From contig QPMI01000496.1 of NCBI GenBank assembly GCA_004431415.1, forward strand, positions 124,001 through 188,000: a stretch of 64,000 nt of DNA. The letters are read 5' to 3'. Origin of the DNA: Cyanophora paradoxa CCMP329 (taxonomy: Eukaryota; Plantae; Glaucophyta). Made by a program: the position numbers and the translations under genes. The notes under the pieces are model-generated. The model did not search any database. It saw only the letters and a list, made by a program, of their open reading frames with translations, and was not told the origin of the DNA. Of this stretch, positions 1-11,416 are shown piece after piece. Numbering within the stretch: the first letter of the stretch is position 1; every line of letters begins with the position of its first letter.

Positions 1-2786
1 CGCGCCTGGTTCGCCTTGCTGGAGGTGAAGACGTACGCTGCCGGGGGGTACGGGGTACGGTCGGCGGCGCGGCGCGGGCGGGGCGGCGGGGGCGCCGGGG
101 CACCGGCGAGGGGCTTGGGCCGGTCGTTGATGAAGTCGATGGCCTCCTGCGCGAAGGGGCCAGCCGGCGTCAGGCGGGGCGGGGCGTCAGGCCGGGCCGC
201 AGGGGGCCCGGGGGCCCGGGGACTCGCACGTCGAGGGTCTGGTAGGGGATGACGGGGAGCGCGGGCCCGAAGATCTCCTCCTGCATGCACTTCGCCCCCG
301 CCGCCGCCCCTGCCCGCCCCGCCCCGCCCCGCCGCCTCGGGCCGGGCAGCGAGTGCGCGGGGCGGGCCGGGGCGGGCACGTGTGTCGGGGAGGGCGAGGA
401 TGGTGGGGGCGAGGTAGCGCGCCGCCTCGTCGTGCTGGCCCCCGTGCTCCACCTGCGGGGACGCCCCAGCCGCAGCCCGCGTCGGCATCGGCTTCCCGCG
501 GCATCCGAAGGGGCCCGCGGGCCACGCGCCTTGGCGGCGGGGTCGTCGATGAGGCCCCGGAGCCGCGCGAGGTGCCGCCCCGTCACGATCCGCCCGTAGT
601 CCTGCCGGAGGGCTCGAGGGGTTAGGGGGGAAGGGGGCGGGGGGGGGGGTACGCGCACGTTCGAGGCCTTCGGGTCCTCCCCGAACATCGCGACGACCGC
701 CGCCTGCGGGCGGGGGATACGGAATCGGCCAAGAGGCGCCGGGGGTACGGGGATGGTCTGGGATGGAGGGGGGTACCTTGATTCCCTCGACGAGGGCGTC
801 CCGCCGGGAAGCGTGCACCAAGACCTGCGCGAAGCGGAGTACGGCGGTTAGGACGGGGGTACAGGTAAGAAAGGGAGGCGGCGCCGCGCACGTAGTCCGG
901 GGCGATGCAGATCTGGCCCGTGTTCATCGCGAAGCGCCCTGCCGGGAGGGGCTCGGTCGGCTCGGGCCCGGCCAGAGAGGACCCAAGAACAGAACGAGCG
1001 GAGTGAAGCTAGCAGTCGCTAGCTTCAATCCCAGGGGCCAGGCAGCGCGCCCCCACTAGCTGGCCCCCCGCCCCGCCCCCGCCCGGGCTCTGCGCACCCC
1101 AGGCGATGCGGCGGCAGGCGACCCGCAGGTCCGCCGTCTCGTCCACCAGCGCCGGACTCTGCGGCGGCGGCGGCGGCCGGAGCTCAGAGCGAGGAACGGG
1201 GATGGAGGCGGGGGGCAGGGTGCGGGGCGGGCCTTGCCGCCGAGCTCGAGGGTCACGGGTACGAGGTTCTCCGCCGCCGCCTTGTACACCTGCGGGGCCG
1301 AGGCCGGCCGGGCTCTCGTCATCAGCGGGGGCGGGGGCGGGGCCCCTCGGTTTAGAGACCCGCCGCAGTCCCCGCACCTCGCGCCCGATGGCGGTGCCGC
1401 CCGTCTGCGGCGGTGCGTAAGCAAGGCGCAGGGGCGAGCGAAGACAAGGGCGGGGGCGGGGCCGGGGCCGGCGCGCGAAGAAGATGTGGTCGAAGGGGAG
1501 GGAGCAGAGGGCGCGGGACGCGGCGGGGCCGCCCGAGACCACGCGGAAGCACTCCGCGTCCATGTACCTGCGCATGCCGCGTGGATGGCCGAGGCGGAGG
1601 CGAGGAGCTCGAGGGAAGCTTTGCTCAAGCAGCTTTTAGCTAGGGTCAGAGCCGCGCGCACTTGGGGACGAGCTCGGCGATGAGCGCGGCGCACGTCTCC
1701 ACAACCTGCGCGGAGGGAGGGAGGCGAGGGGGGAAAGGGGGGTACGTCTCAGCTTCCAGGGGGCGGCGGGGAGGGCCCGGGCCGGGCCGGGCCGGCGCGG
1801 GTGCGGCGGCGTGGGCGCCTCGGAAGGCTTGAGGACGACGCAGTTGCCGGCGGCGATCGCCGACGCGAACGGCTGCATCAGGAGGAGGAAGGGGTAGTTC
1901 CTTCCCGAGGGGGCGCGGGGCCCGGTCAGGGTCAGTCGGTCGGTCGGTGGGGGCAGGGGAGGGCGAGGGCGAGGGGGGTACGACACCAGGGCCCGATGAT
2001 GAGGACGACACCGAGGGGCTCCCGCCGCACGAAGCTCGAGGTGGGGAAGAACGCCGCCGGCGTGCTCACCTGCCCCCTCGCGGTGAGCCGAGGCGCGCCG
2101 AGGCCCGCGGCCTGGCCCCGACTTCCTGATATAGAAGACAACCTAGGGCTTGAATTCGGGTCGAGACTCGAGACGCACGGACTCGTCCTTGGCGAGGGAG
2201 GCGAGGTTGTCGATGAACCAGTCCGCCTCTTCCTTGACCTGCCGCGGCGCGCCCCGCCGGATCAAATGTGGGCGCAGATCAATTGTGACCGGAGCGCTTG
2301 ACCGGTTTAGGGCGCGGCCGCGGCCGCTCTCAGGGGCGTGTACGGCGCACCTGCCATACGTCGGCCCCTTGCGTCGAGAGCTCGCTGCGGCGCGGATCCG
2401 GATCAGCCTAGGCCTTGGCAACTCGGAGGCGCCGGCCGCGGATCAATTTGAAACAGGTCGAGGGGCTGCGGGCGCGCACGCGCGTCCTAGATCTTTCTTG
2501 ACGGCCGCGCAAATCGCGTCCCGATTCTCCGACATCTGATTCCGGTTGTTTGAAAGTGAAGGCCTGAAGGGCGCGGCGCGCGCGTTAACGTGCTCTCCCC
2601 CGACGTTGAACGTGCTCTATGCGGCGCGGTACGCGCTGAAGGCGGGCCACAGAATGCGCGCACGAGCTTCTTGAGCGCCTGGAGCTGCGCTTTGCGCCAC
2701 GCCAGGGGCCGGGTCTTGCCCGAGCGGAACACCTTCCGGAGCTCCGCGAGCGTCTCCGGCGGGCCTGCTGTCATTGATGCAGACAT
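1..2786 (-). CDS. Aldehyde dehydrogenase, ALDH3-like; multi-exon, 3' end runs off window
   Basis: Spliced exons give FRSGKTRPLAWRKAQLQAL, REPLGVVLIIGPW/NYPF, AGNCVVLKPSE, PVTLELGGK, NTGQICIAPDY (catalytic Cys), MQEEIFGPALP. ATG at 2786. Confidence 0.95.
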
Positions 2787-3039
2787 ATTCAGCGTTCTTC
2801 TCGTGCCTGCGACCGCGCCGGTCAGTGAGACGAGGCGGCGCGCTGTTTGCTCAACGAAGGGAGCGCCGGGGGCGCTAGATGCGGCAGGGTTTAAGCCGCA
2901 TACCTGCCGGCCCTCGTTCGGAACCGGTGGCGCGCGGGGATCGGAAACGGACGGGTTGGCGACGTTCAAGCCACGTACCCGGCAGTCTTCTGATTCACCA
3001 CTGTTTGCTTGAACTTTAGCCTCCTAGCAGACGCACAAG

Positions 3040-4896
3040 ATGGCCAACAGCATGGATCCCGAGTGCCTGCCGAAGTCGTCGCGTATGGTGCGAAGCCCCA
3101 GCTCGGCTCGCTAGCGATAACGGCGCCAAGTGCCGGCTGCCCGTCTTGACCGTTGTCTGCGGTGGTACGCACGTACTAAGCGGTAACCGGGTTCGCAGAC
3201 GCTCATTATCGCTGTGCGTTCTCGTTTGGGCCTCCCGCGGCCGTCGGCCTCGGGTAGCCAATCCGCGCCTGAACTGACTTCCGTATCGCATCCTCGCTGA
3301 TGAATAGAACATTCTCAACATCATCGGGTACGTCTGCACGGCCAGCTATTGACCAGCTGCCCCGTGTCCGTCGCGGCTGCTGCTGACTCCTGTTGCGTCC
3401 GCAGCGGCATCGTCATCATCGCCGGCGGGGTGCGTACTCGAAAATGCAGTTCGAAACAGCGACCCCTGAGCGGCCCCAAACCCCCGCAGATCTGGCTCAA
3501 GACCGGCGCGGCCGGAGCGACCAACTCGTTCGTGCAGACCACCGCCACCGCCGGCTCCATTCGTGCGCTACTTCAGCCCGTTCGCTCCTATTTTATCTTA
3601 CGGATCGCTTCGGCTCGGCAGCCATCGTCGTCATCGTCGCCGGCGCCATCCTCCTCCTGACCGGCATCATCGGCTTCGCCGGTGCTTTTCCCAACTCGCT
3701 CCCGCTCGCGTCCCGTACCGCTCGTCTGCTTACTCGGCCGGGTTGGCCTGCATGCAGCCGCCAAGTATGAGAAGTACGTGCCCGCTCAAGAATGAGATCA
3801 ATTCTTCCATTGTTTCGAACCCGGCAGCGCAGCAAGTTCCTGCTCGGCTGCTTCGGCACCATCCTCTTTGTCGTACGCCGCCCTCATCCTTTGCACCCCT
3901 CGGCGGATCTGGGCGCTGACGCCGCCCTCGCCCTCCCCGCCCCTCGACCTCCGCCCCCTAGACCCTCGGTGCGTCTTCGTCGAATCCCTCTCCTCCCCGC
4001 CTGCGCTGAGCTCAACGTACCCCTCCCTCGCCCTCCCAGTCATCGTCCTCGTCGTCGGCGTGTACGCCCTCATCATCGGCAACTCGATCGACAAGCCCGA
4101 GGTTCGAATCCGCAGCGTTCCCCCTTTCCTGAAGCTGAAGCCGGCGCGCGCTTTCTCTCTCTCTCTCTCTCTCCAGTTCGGGAGTGCGCTCGACAAGAAG
4201 ATTCAGAGCCAGATGGCCACCAACCCCGACGTGCGTACCCCTCCCACCCGCTCGGGCCGGCTCCGAGCGCTTACGCGTTCCCCTCGCAGGGCGTCTGCCT
4301 CGCGTGCGTTCGAATCCGGAGCGCGCTCGAGGCTACCTTACCTCTCGGCTGAGCCGCGTACCCCCCGCAGCTACCAGCTCCTCCAGTGCTCCGGCGGCTC
4401 CCAGTCCTGCTTCGAGGTACCCCCTCTTCCCGGGGTACACGCGCTTCCCCCGTCAGGCGTCTGATTTTGTGCCGCCAGTTCGGCTTCGCGGCGAACATGT
4501 GCCCGGCCAACTGCCCGGCCGCCACGGACCCCTGGGCCACCGTCCGCCCCCGTACCCCCCCCCCGTCCCACCCTGTACCCCGTCTGATCCCCCCCCCCGC
4601 ACCGCCTCAGGTCTCCTGCCAGTCCCGCGTGCGTCTGCTGTACCCCAAACCCGTCTCCTCCCCCCTCTTTTCTCACATGTACCCCCCAGATCTCGGGCCC
4701 TATCCGCTCCTGGTTCCTGGCCATCGGCATCGTCTGCATCGTGTGGGCCCTCGTGCGACCGCACCCCGCTGTCCCCGGGTACCCTGATTGTAACTCCGCA
4801 CTTCGTTCGCAGGTCCTGGTTTCGGGCCTGGTCATGGTCTGCTGCGTCTGCGCGCGCAAGAAGACCGCCAGCGGCCCCTACACCACCACCGTCTAA
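3040..4896 (+). CDS. Tetraspanin-like four-TM protein built from many micro-exons
   Basis: Exons 3040-3087, 3199-3213, 3308-3327, 3405-3429 etc. join in frame to RMTLIIANILNIIGGIVIIAGGIWLK (TM1), IVVIVAGAILLLTGIIGF (TM2), KFLLGCFGTILF (TM3), a Cys-rich loop, then FLAIGIVCI..VLVSGLVMVCCVCARKK..YTTTV*. Confidence 0.8.
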
Positions 4897-5242
4897 GCGC
4901 GCTGCTCGACCCCATGTCCCTTTCCCCTCCGCCCTCGGAGGGCTCGAGCCCCGGATCCGGCCCAGGTGCTGGCCTGGATTAGTTACCGATCGTTTGTTTT
5001 ACATCCGAACTCGAGAAAGCTGGGTGGGGCGCGAGCACTGGATGGCCCAGTGGGAGGAAAACTTAAAATACTCGCGCGCCGTCAGACGGGCGGCGCGCGT
5101 CCCCTCCCCGTCGCTCTCGTAGAAAGGGCGGAGCGCGTAGGAAGGACGGGGCGGGGAGGCGTGGCGGGGCAGGAGGAGGAGAGAACGATCTGGCTGGGGA
5201 GGTGGCGTGGGTGCCGGTGGAGAGCGGGTAATTATAACACGA

Positions 5243-7165
5243 TCAGGCAGAGCCGTTCAGGTCGTCGGGCTTGCCGTTGTACGTGATCTCCGTGAGGGGC
5301 AGCGCGGAGCGGAGGAAGCGGCGGGCCTCGGCGTCCAGGGACGAGGCGGCCGCCTGGGAGAGCCCCAGCTGCGGGAGGCGGCGCAGGGAGGAGAGGGCGG
5401 CGAGGGCGGCGGGGAAGGGGAGCGAGAAGTCGCCGATGCGCAGCCTCTCCAGGCTCGGCACATCGGAGGCCAGTCGCTGCGGGAGGGCAGTTAGAGGCGC
5501 GAGACGCCGGTCCGAGGATTGCAGATTGGGAGGGGTGCACGCCTTCAACAGAGGGACTGGGAAGGCGGTCTTTCGCGGCGACCTCGCCGCGCACTCGAAG
5601 GCCACGTCGCGGAGGAGCTTGAGACCCGCGAGGGATTTGTGGGCGAGCTCGGACTGCTCGAGCACGGCGTCCGCGCAGACGAATGCGAGCTTCTGCACGG
5701 AGGGGAGTGAGTCGAGCGCCGAAGGGACGAACGAGCGCACAGAGACCGCTACGGACCTCGAGGCGCACGAGGCGCGGGACGATGTCGACGGCGGACGAGT
5801 CAAGGTTCGGGACGCTCCCCCTCACATCCAGCCGCAGGACCTGCAGGGAGCCCTCCGACGCGAGCAGCGGCGAGAAGTCGCACGCTTGCCCGCCACTCCA
5901 GGTTGTCACCGAGAGCTCTGCGAGGGACGCCAGAGGCCGCATGAACTCCAGCGACTCCACAAAGTTAGGCGTGTGAAGATCTGCCCATCCACAAAAGAAT
6001 CAGCCCGCAGCGCACGAAGCGGAGAAACAGAACGCAGACGCACTTCTCAAGCGAGTCAACGCGCTGAGTGGCTTCAGCGCATCTTCCGCTATGCAGATGT
6101 CCGAAATCACGAAATGCGGCTTGAAGAACTCGAGGTGCAGAGTGCTCAGAAGCGTGAGCGAGCCGACGGCAGCGAGCGCAGCCGCCGGGCTCTCCCCGTC
6201 GCCGAGGAGCACGCCGGTCTTGAGGGAGGTCAGGGTCCCTGCGGAAATCGAATCAAGGTGAGGCGGGGCGAGAGAGGAAAGCGAGAGGCGCTCGCCCTTC
6301 GATGGGCCCGCTGCGATGGCCTGCAGCGCGCTCGTAGAGACGGGGAACTCCATCAGGTTGAGCTTCTGCAGCGACAAGGAGCCCGCCAGAGCCAGCGACG
6401 TCTGTACTACGGGCGAGCCGAACTTATGGGCAGAGCCCCTGAGCTGCTCATCTTTGGCGAACAGCTCAAGCGTACGCAAGCGGCTGAAGTGCTGGAGGAG
6501 AGGCAGGGCTGAGAACGGGAATCCCACATCCTGGTTGAAGCTGACGTACAGCTCCTGAAGCTGACTCCCGACTGCGCGAAACAGGCTGTGGAAGCCGTCG
6601 TCCGCGAGCTTGCTGCCGCGGAGAGCAATGCTGCGGATGCCGGCTCGCGTCTTCGCTGGCAGCTCCGCGAGGCCTTCGGCAGTCGAGTCGCTGGGATAAT
6701 CAAGGATCACTCGCTCCCACACGCCGGGATCCTTTGCGAGCTGGCGGAAGCGGCGGCTGACCCGCGCCAGCCGCGCGAGCAGGCGAGGCTTGATCATGAC
6801 ATCCAGCTGCAGCTCGCCGTCCAGATCTGTCCGGAATTTCGCCGAGAGAGCCGACCTCGCAGACATCTTGAAGATCCGAACGAGCACATCGTCTGGCAAA
6901 GACTCCAGCGCCGGGCGCCCCGCAGCAGCTGCAGCTGCGAGGCGCTATTGAGCGGAGAAAGCACGCGCTCCAGGTTCGCGCGAGCTCACCGCTCTTGCTG
7001 CCCCCAGCCGTCCTCGCACGCTTCTCCGGTGCTGCACCTGGTGCTGCACCTGGAGCTGCGCGGCGCATCTGAGCGGAGAAAGCACGCCTGCGCGCTTCGG
7101 GGTTGCGCACCGCTGCTAGCGCCGCAAGCCGTCCTCGCCCGCTTCGCCGCAGGCTCGCGCGCCAT
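5243..7165 (-). CDS. F-box / leucine-rich-repeat protein
   Basis: LESLPDDVLVRIF...LARLARVSRRFRQLAKDPGVW (F-box) followed by LxxLxL repeats. ATG 7165 (MAREPAAKRART), stop 5243. Confidence 0.85.
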
Positions 7166-8559
7166 GCTGCTCGCCCCCGCGCGACGCTCCCGTTCGTTGC
7201 ACGCTCCCGCTCGTTGCACGCTTCCGCCGCTTCAGGCGCTTCGAAGTCAGCGCTTCAGACGCTTCTTCCTGCGCGGGTGCAGCTCAGCAGCTCAGGCAGC
7301 TCGCAGCAGCTCAGCTGCAGCTGTCAGCAGCAGCTCAGCAGCAGCTGTCCAGCACGGGTACAGGCGTCCGGTTGCGTTGATCAGACCCGAACTCGTCCAG
7401 CGGGGCCCGGTTGAACGCCGGAGGCGGCGGTACGTTCGCCATGGCCTGCGAGAACTGTCTGCCGCGGACAACCCGCCTGGTACGCACCCCCTTCGACCCG
7501 ACAACCATTGCTTTAATTTGTGGTCGTCTGGCTGACTGGTTCCCCTCGCCTCTCGCTTCTCCATGTAGATTCTTCTCATCGCGATGAGATCCATCCGCGC
7601 CGATCCGCGCCGCCACCCGCGGTGATGGCAGACCTCGCTATTGCTATAGCTAGCGCGCGCGCGACGACCGCCCGCCGTCTCCGCCCCGGCCCCATTCCAG
7701 ATCGCTCTGCGCAAGCGTGCGTTCGCGCCACAGACCTTTGCGGCAGAGCTAGCCTTTACGGCAGAGCCGCAAGCAATTGCCGCTGTGCGCTCAAGCGGCT
7801 GGGCGCCTTGCTGGCGCCGTCGGCCCCCGCCGCGCCCCGCGCGCCGGGGCCCCGCGAGGCCCTCCCGCGGGCCGAGGTCGGGCACAGCAACCCGCTCCCC
7901 GTCCTCAGCCGCGTCTCCACGTTCGACGTGCGCCGCCCCGCCCCGCCCCGCGCCGCCCGAGCCGCGCCCGGGCCGAGCGGGCGCGGGCGCAGCTCTGCAT
8001 GTGCCTCTCGCAGTGCGGGGACGCGGTGGCGATGGTCGGCGCCCACGTCGGCCCCGCCGCCCCCGCCCGCCCCGACCCCCGCGCCCCGCCCCGCCCCGCG
8101 CCAGCACGCGTGCTCGTGTAGATCCGCAGGCCCAGCCGCAAGCAAGTGCCGTTGTGAGCTCAAGCGGCTGGGCGCCTTGCAGGAGGCGCTTCGGGCGGCG
8201 GCGCCCCCCGAGGAGGCGCCGGCGCCGGCGGCGGAGGCGGCGGGAGCGGCGGGGCTGGCGGGGCCCCGGCGGACCGGGCGTCGGCGGACGGGGACTGGGG
8301 CCGCCCCGGGGAGGGCGCCCGCCAGCGCCTCCTCTTCGCCACGGGCCTCCGCGGCCTCGCGCGCGCCCGCGGCGGCGCCGAGCGAGAGCCGCGCACGGGG
8401 CGGGGGGGCACGGGCCCGCGCGACATCAAGTTCCTGCTCTGCCGGCCCCCCATCCCCGCCGCCTCTGCCGTCCGCGCCCTCTGCTTCGCCGACAGCAGCA
8501 ACCGCAGGCGCGCCGCGTACCCCCCGCCCCAGTCATGGAGCCGGCGCTGACGGTACCCC

Positions 8560-9850
8560 CAGGGTCGGCCTCCTCTGCACGGATGGGTACGTGCGCGTCT
8601 TCGACGTCCTTGCCCGCCTCTCGAACGTCTTCGGGTGCCCACGCACCCCGCTGCCGTTTCGTGTACCCCCGCTGACTCTCGGGGGGCGCAGAGAGGTCGT
8701 GGAGGGGGAGCCCTCGCTCGTGTTCCAGGCCTGCATCGTACCCCGGCCGGCCGCGCCCCCCGCCCTACCGCCCTCGGCGTCGCCCCCCTCGCCCCCCTCG
8801 CCCCCCTCGGGCCCCTCGGGTCCCTCGGGGAGCGAGGCGCGGGGCCCGTCCCCCCCGCCGCCGTCCTCCTCGTCGGCCCCGGCTGCGGCGCGGCGTCCTC
8901 CGCAGAGCCCGCCGCCGCCGCCTCCTCCTCCGCGCCGGGCCCCGCCCCGCCGGGCTCGCCGCCGGGTCGCCGGCCGCCTCGCCGCCCCCGACGGCGACCG
9001 CCGCCGCGACCGCGTGCGCGGCGCGCCGGCCGAGTCCGACCGCCGCCGCCTCCGCCGCCGCTTCGGCCCCGCCGCGGCGGCCGCGGCCGCTGCGGCGGCC
9101 GCGGCGGAGGCGGCGGGGGAGGGCGCGCCGCTCGGACAACGCGCGCGCCCTCGCCCTCTTCCTCGCCTGCGTCTGGTACGGCCCCGCCCCCACCCCCCCG
9201 CCCCGCGGCCCCACGGCCGCCCGGCGCGGCTGAGATCTAGACCCCGCGGGCGCAGCTTCATCCTGCTGCACGGGCTGGCGAGCCCGCACCGGCAGCCGCT
9301 GGACAACGCCATCGAGGCGCTCTTCCTCCTCGTGCTCACCCTCACCTCCTGCATGGAGATGGCCACCTCCGCCGCCCTCGCCCGCCCCGACTGTCCGCCC
9401 GCCCGCCCCCGCCCCGCCCCGCCCCGCCCCTCATGATCACACACGCGGCGCGGGGCAGACGACGTGCGGGCGGTGCAGTACGCGTTCCACGGGGCGGGGC
9501 TGCTGGTCGGGGGCGGCCTCATCGCCGCCTACTACACCCGCTTCTTCCGCCTCCGCGGCCTCGGCCTCCGCGCCCTCAACTCCGTTCCCGTCGCGCCCCA
9601 GCCGCCCGCCCCGGCCCCAGCCCCCGAGCCCTCCGGTCTGCAGCCCGCCTCGGCCTTGGCCGGCCGTGGATGGGGCGAAAGCGGCTCGGCCCGCTGGCGG
9701 GCCCGCTCTCTCTCCCTCCAGGGCGCCCCCGGCCCCTCTGTTCTCCTCCTCGACGCGGGCAGCGAGCCGGGCACCCCCCGGGCCCGCTCCGGTGCGCGCC
9801 CGCTCGCGCCTGAACCGCGCTTCTGGCCCAGGAGCCGCGCCTCTCGCTGA
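8560..9850 (+). pseudogene. Gene fragments: WD40-like beta strands followed by terminal TM helices of a multi-pass membrane domain; no coherent full gene found
   Basis: Exon-like pieces VGLLCTDGYVRVFDV, FILLHGLASPHRQPLDNAIEALFLLVLTLT and VQYAFHGAGLLVGGGLIAAYY follow cag acceptors; no convincing start codon. Confidence 0.3.
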
Positions 9851-10434
9851 GGGTGCGCCTCCAGGCTCTCAGGCGGGGCTCCTCGCCCCCGCGGACCGCG
9901 AGCGCGAGGGGGCGCACGGGGCGGGCGCGGGCGGGGCCCTCCCCATCCTCCGCACCCTCTGGCGGGTACGCTCTCGCCGCCGCCGCCCGCCCCCCTCCCG
10001 GCCGGCGCGCGCGGCCCACGCTGCGCCGCTCGCGTCAGTTCACGGAGCCTCCGTCGGCGCCGGCGTCGGGCGCCGCGCTGGCATCGGGGCCCCCTCCCAA
10101 CTCGAGCTCGAGGCGGCCCCGCGCGGCCGCGCGCCTCCTCGCTCGCCTGCGCCGGCCCCGGCCCCGGCCCCGGCCGCCCCGGCCTTAAGCTTGCCCCCGA
10201 GCCGGGGCCCGGGCCCGGGCCCGGGCCCGGCGCCCCTCTCGCCCCCTTCGGGGCGGAGGCGACGCTCCTCCCCCCGGAAACCGATCGCGGCCCCGAGCCC
10301 GAGCCCGACCCGAGCCCGCGGACCTCGGACGAGGTCCGGCCCCTCACGCCCCCCGCGGCACCGGAGGGGCCCCGACCCCCGTCCCGCGGTTGACTCTCGG
10401 CGATAATAACATGATAAGCCTCGGAGCTCTCCAC

Positions 10435-10555
10435 TACCGTAATACGTTTACGTATAAGCATATATATTGCGAAGTTAGATTCAATTGAGCTCGTTCATGT
10501 ATCTGTCCTGGCGCCCCTTATGATCAGGTCTAAAACAGAACTATTCGATACGGTA
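10435..10555. mobile_element. Small TA-flanked MITE (Tc1/mariner-pogo type ends)
   Basis: TA-CCGTA ... TACGG-TA ends, AT-rich interior; same termini as elements at 22123 and 51623. Confidence 0.45.
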
Positions 10556-11416
10556 TAATAGTTCTTCAATTCGTGGCAAAAAGATATCTTGTAATTAAGC
10601 GACCACGTGCATGCGCAAGCGCTAGCCCTCGGGGCAAGAAATCACGCATTTGCCAAGTTGTGACTCTCGAGCTCAGTGAATCTCGAATCCGATGACTCGA
10701 TGATTATCCTGATCATGCATGCGATCATGATCGAGCCCGCGGCCCGCGGGCCCCCGCGTGGGCCACTCAAAATAATCCACGTCGGAAGTTGTCACTCAGG
10801 CGACTCGGCGACTCATGATCCGATGATCAGTGAATATAGCCAATTTGCTTCATTTTGCAACGATCCGATGCCATGATGCATTTGGTCAATTGCACATGTC
10901 GATGTCGGCGTTTGATGTTGTCTCATGACCCGGTGACCGGCTGTAGTCAAGAGACAACATCAAACGCCGACATCGACATGCCATCATGGCATGATGATCA
11001 TGATGATGTAGATCTCAGGAGTAGCGATATATATAGATTTTGTAGATGCCATGATGTTTAGATTGCGGCATGCATATGCAGCAGTGCTTCTGATCAATGG
11101 CCGAATTTGTCTCCGTCGATCATCAGCAACTTCAAAAGGCTTGGGCTATTGATATCAATGATATCGATATCGATCCGAGTTGAATTTTGCTGCGCGGGGG
11201 CAATAGTATTCCCGAAGCTCGCCAAACTTTGAAACTTCGAGCAGCCGCCGGGCCGAGGAAATCAAACGACATGATCACATGCACCGAGTCACACCTGATC
11301 CCAAAGTTACCTTTGGCAACTCGAGCTCTCTGCAGTCCCCCCGGCCCTCGCTTCCCTCGAGCTCCCCGGTCCCGGCCAGGCCCTGACTCAAAACTGACAA
11401 ACCGACAGACTCTGTC

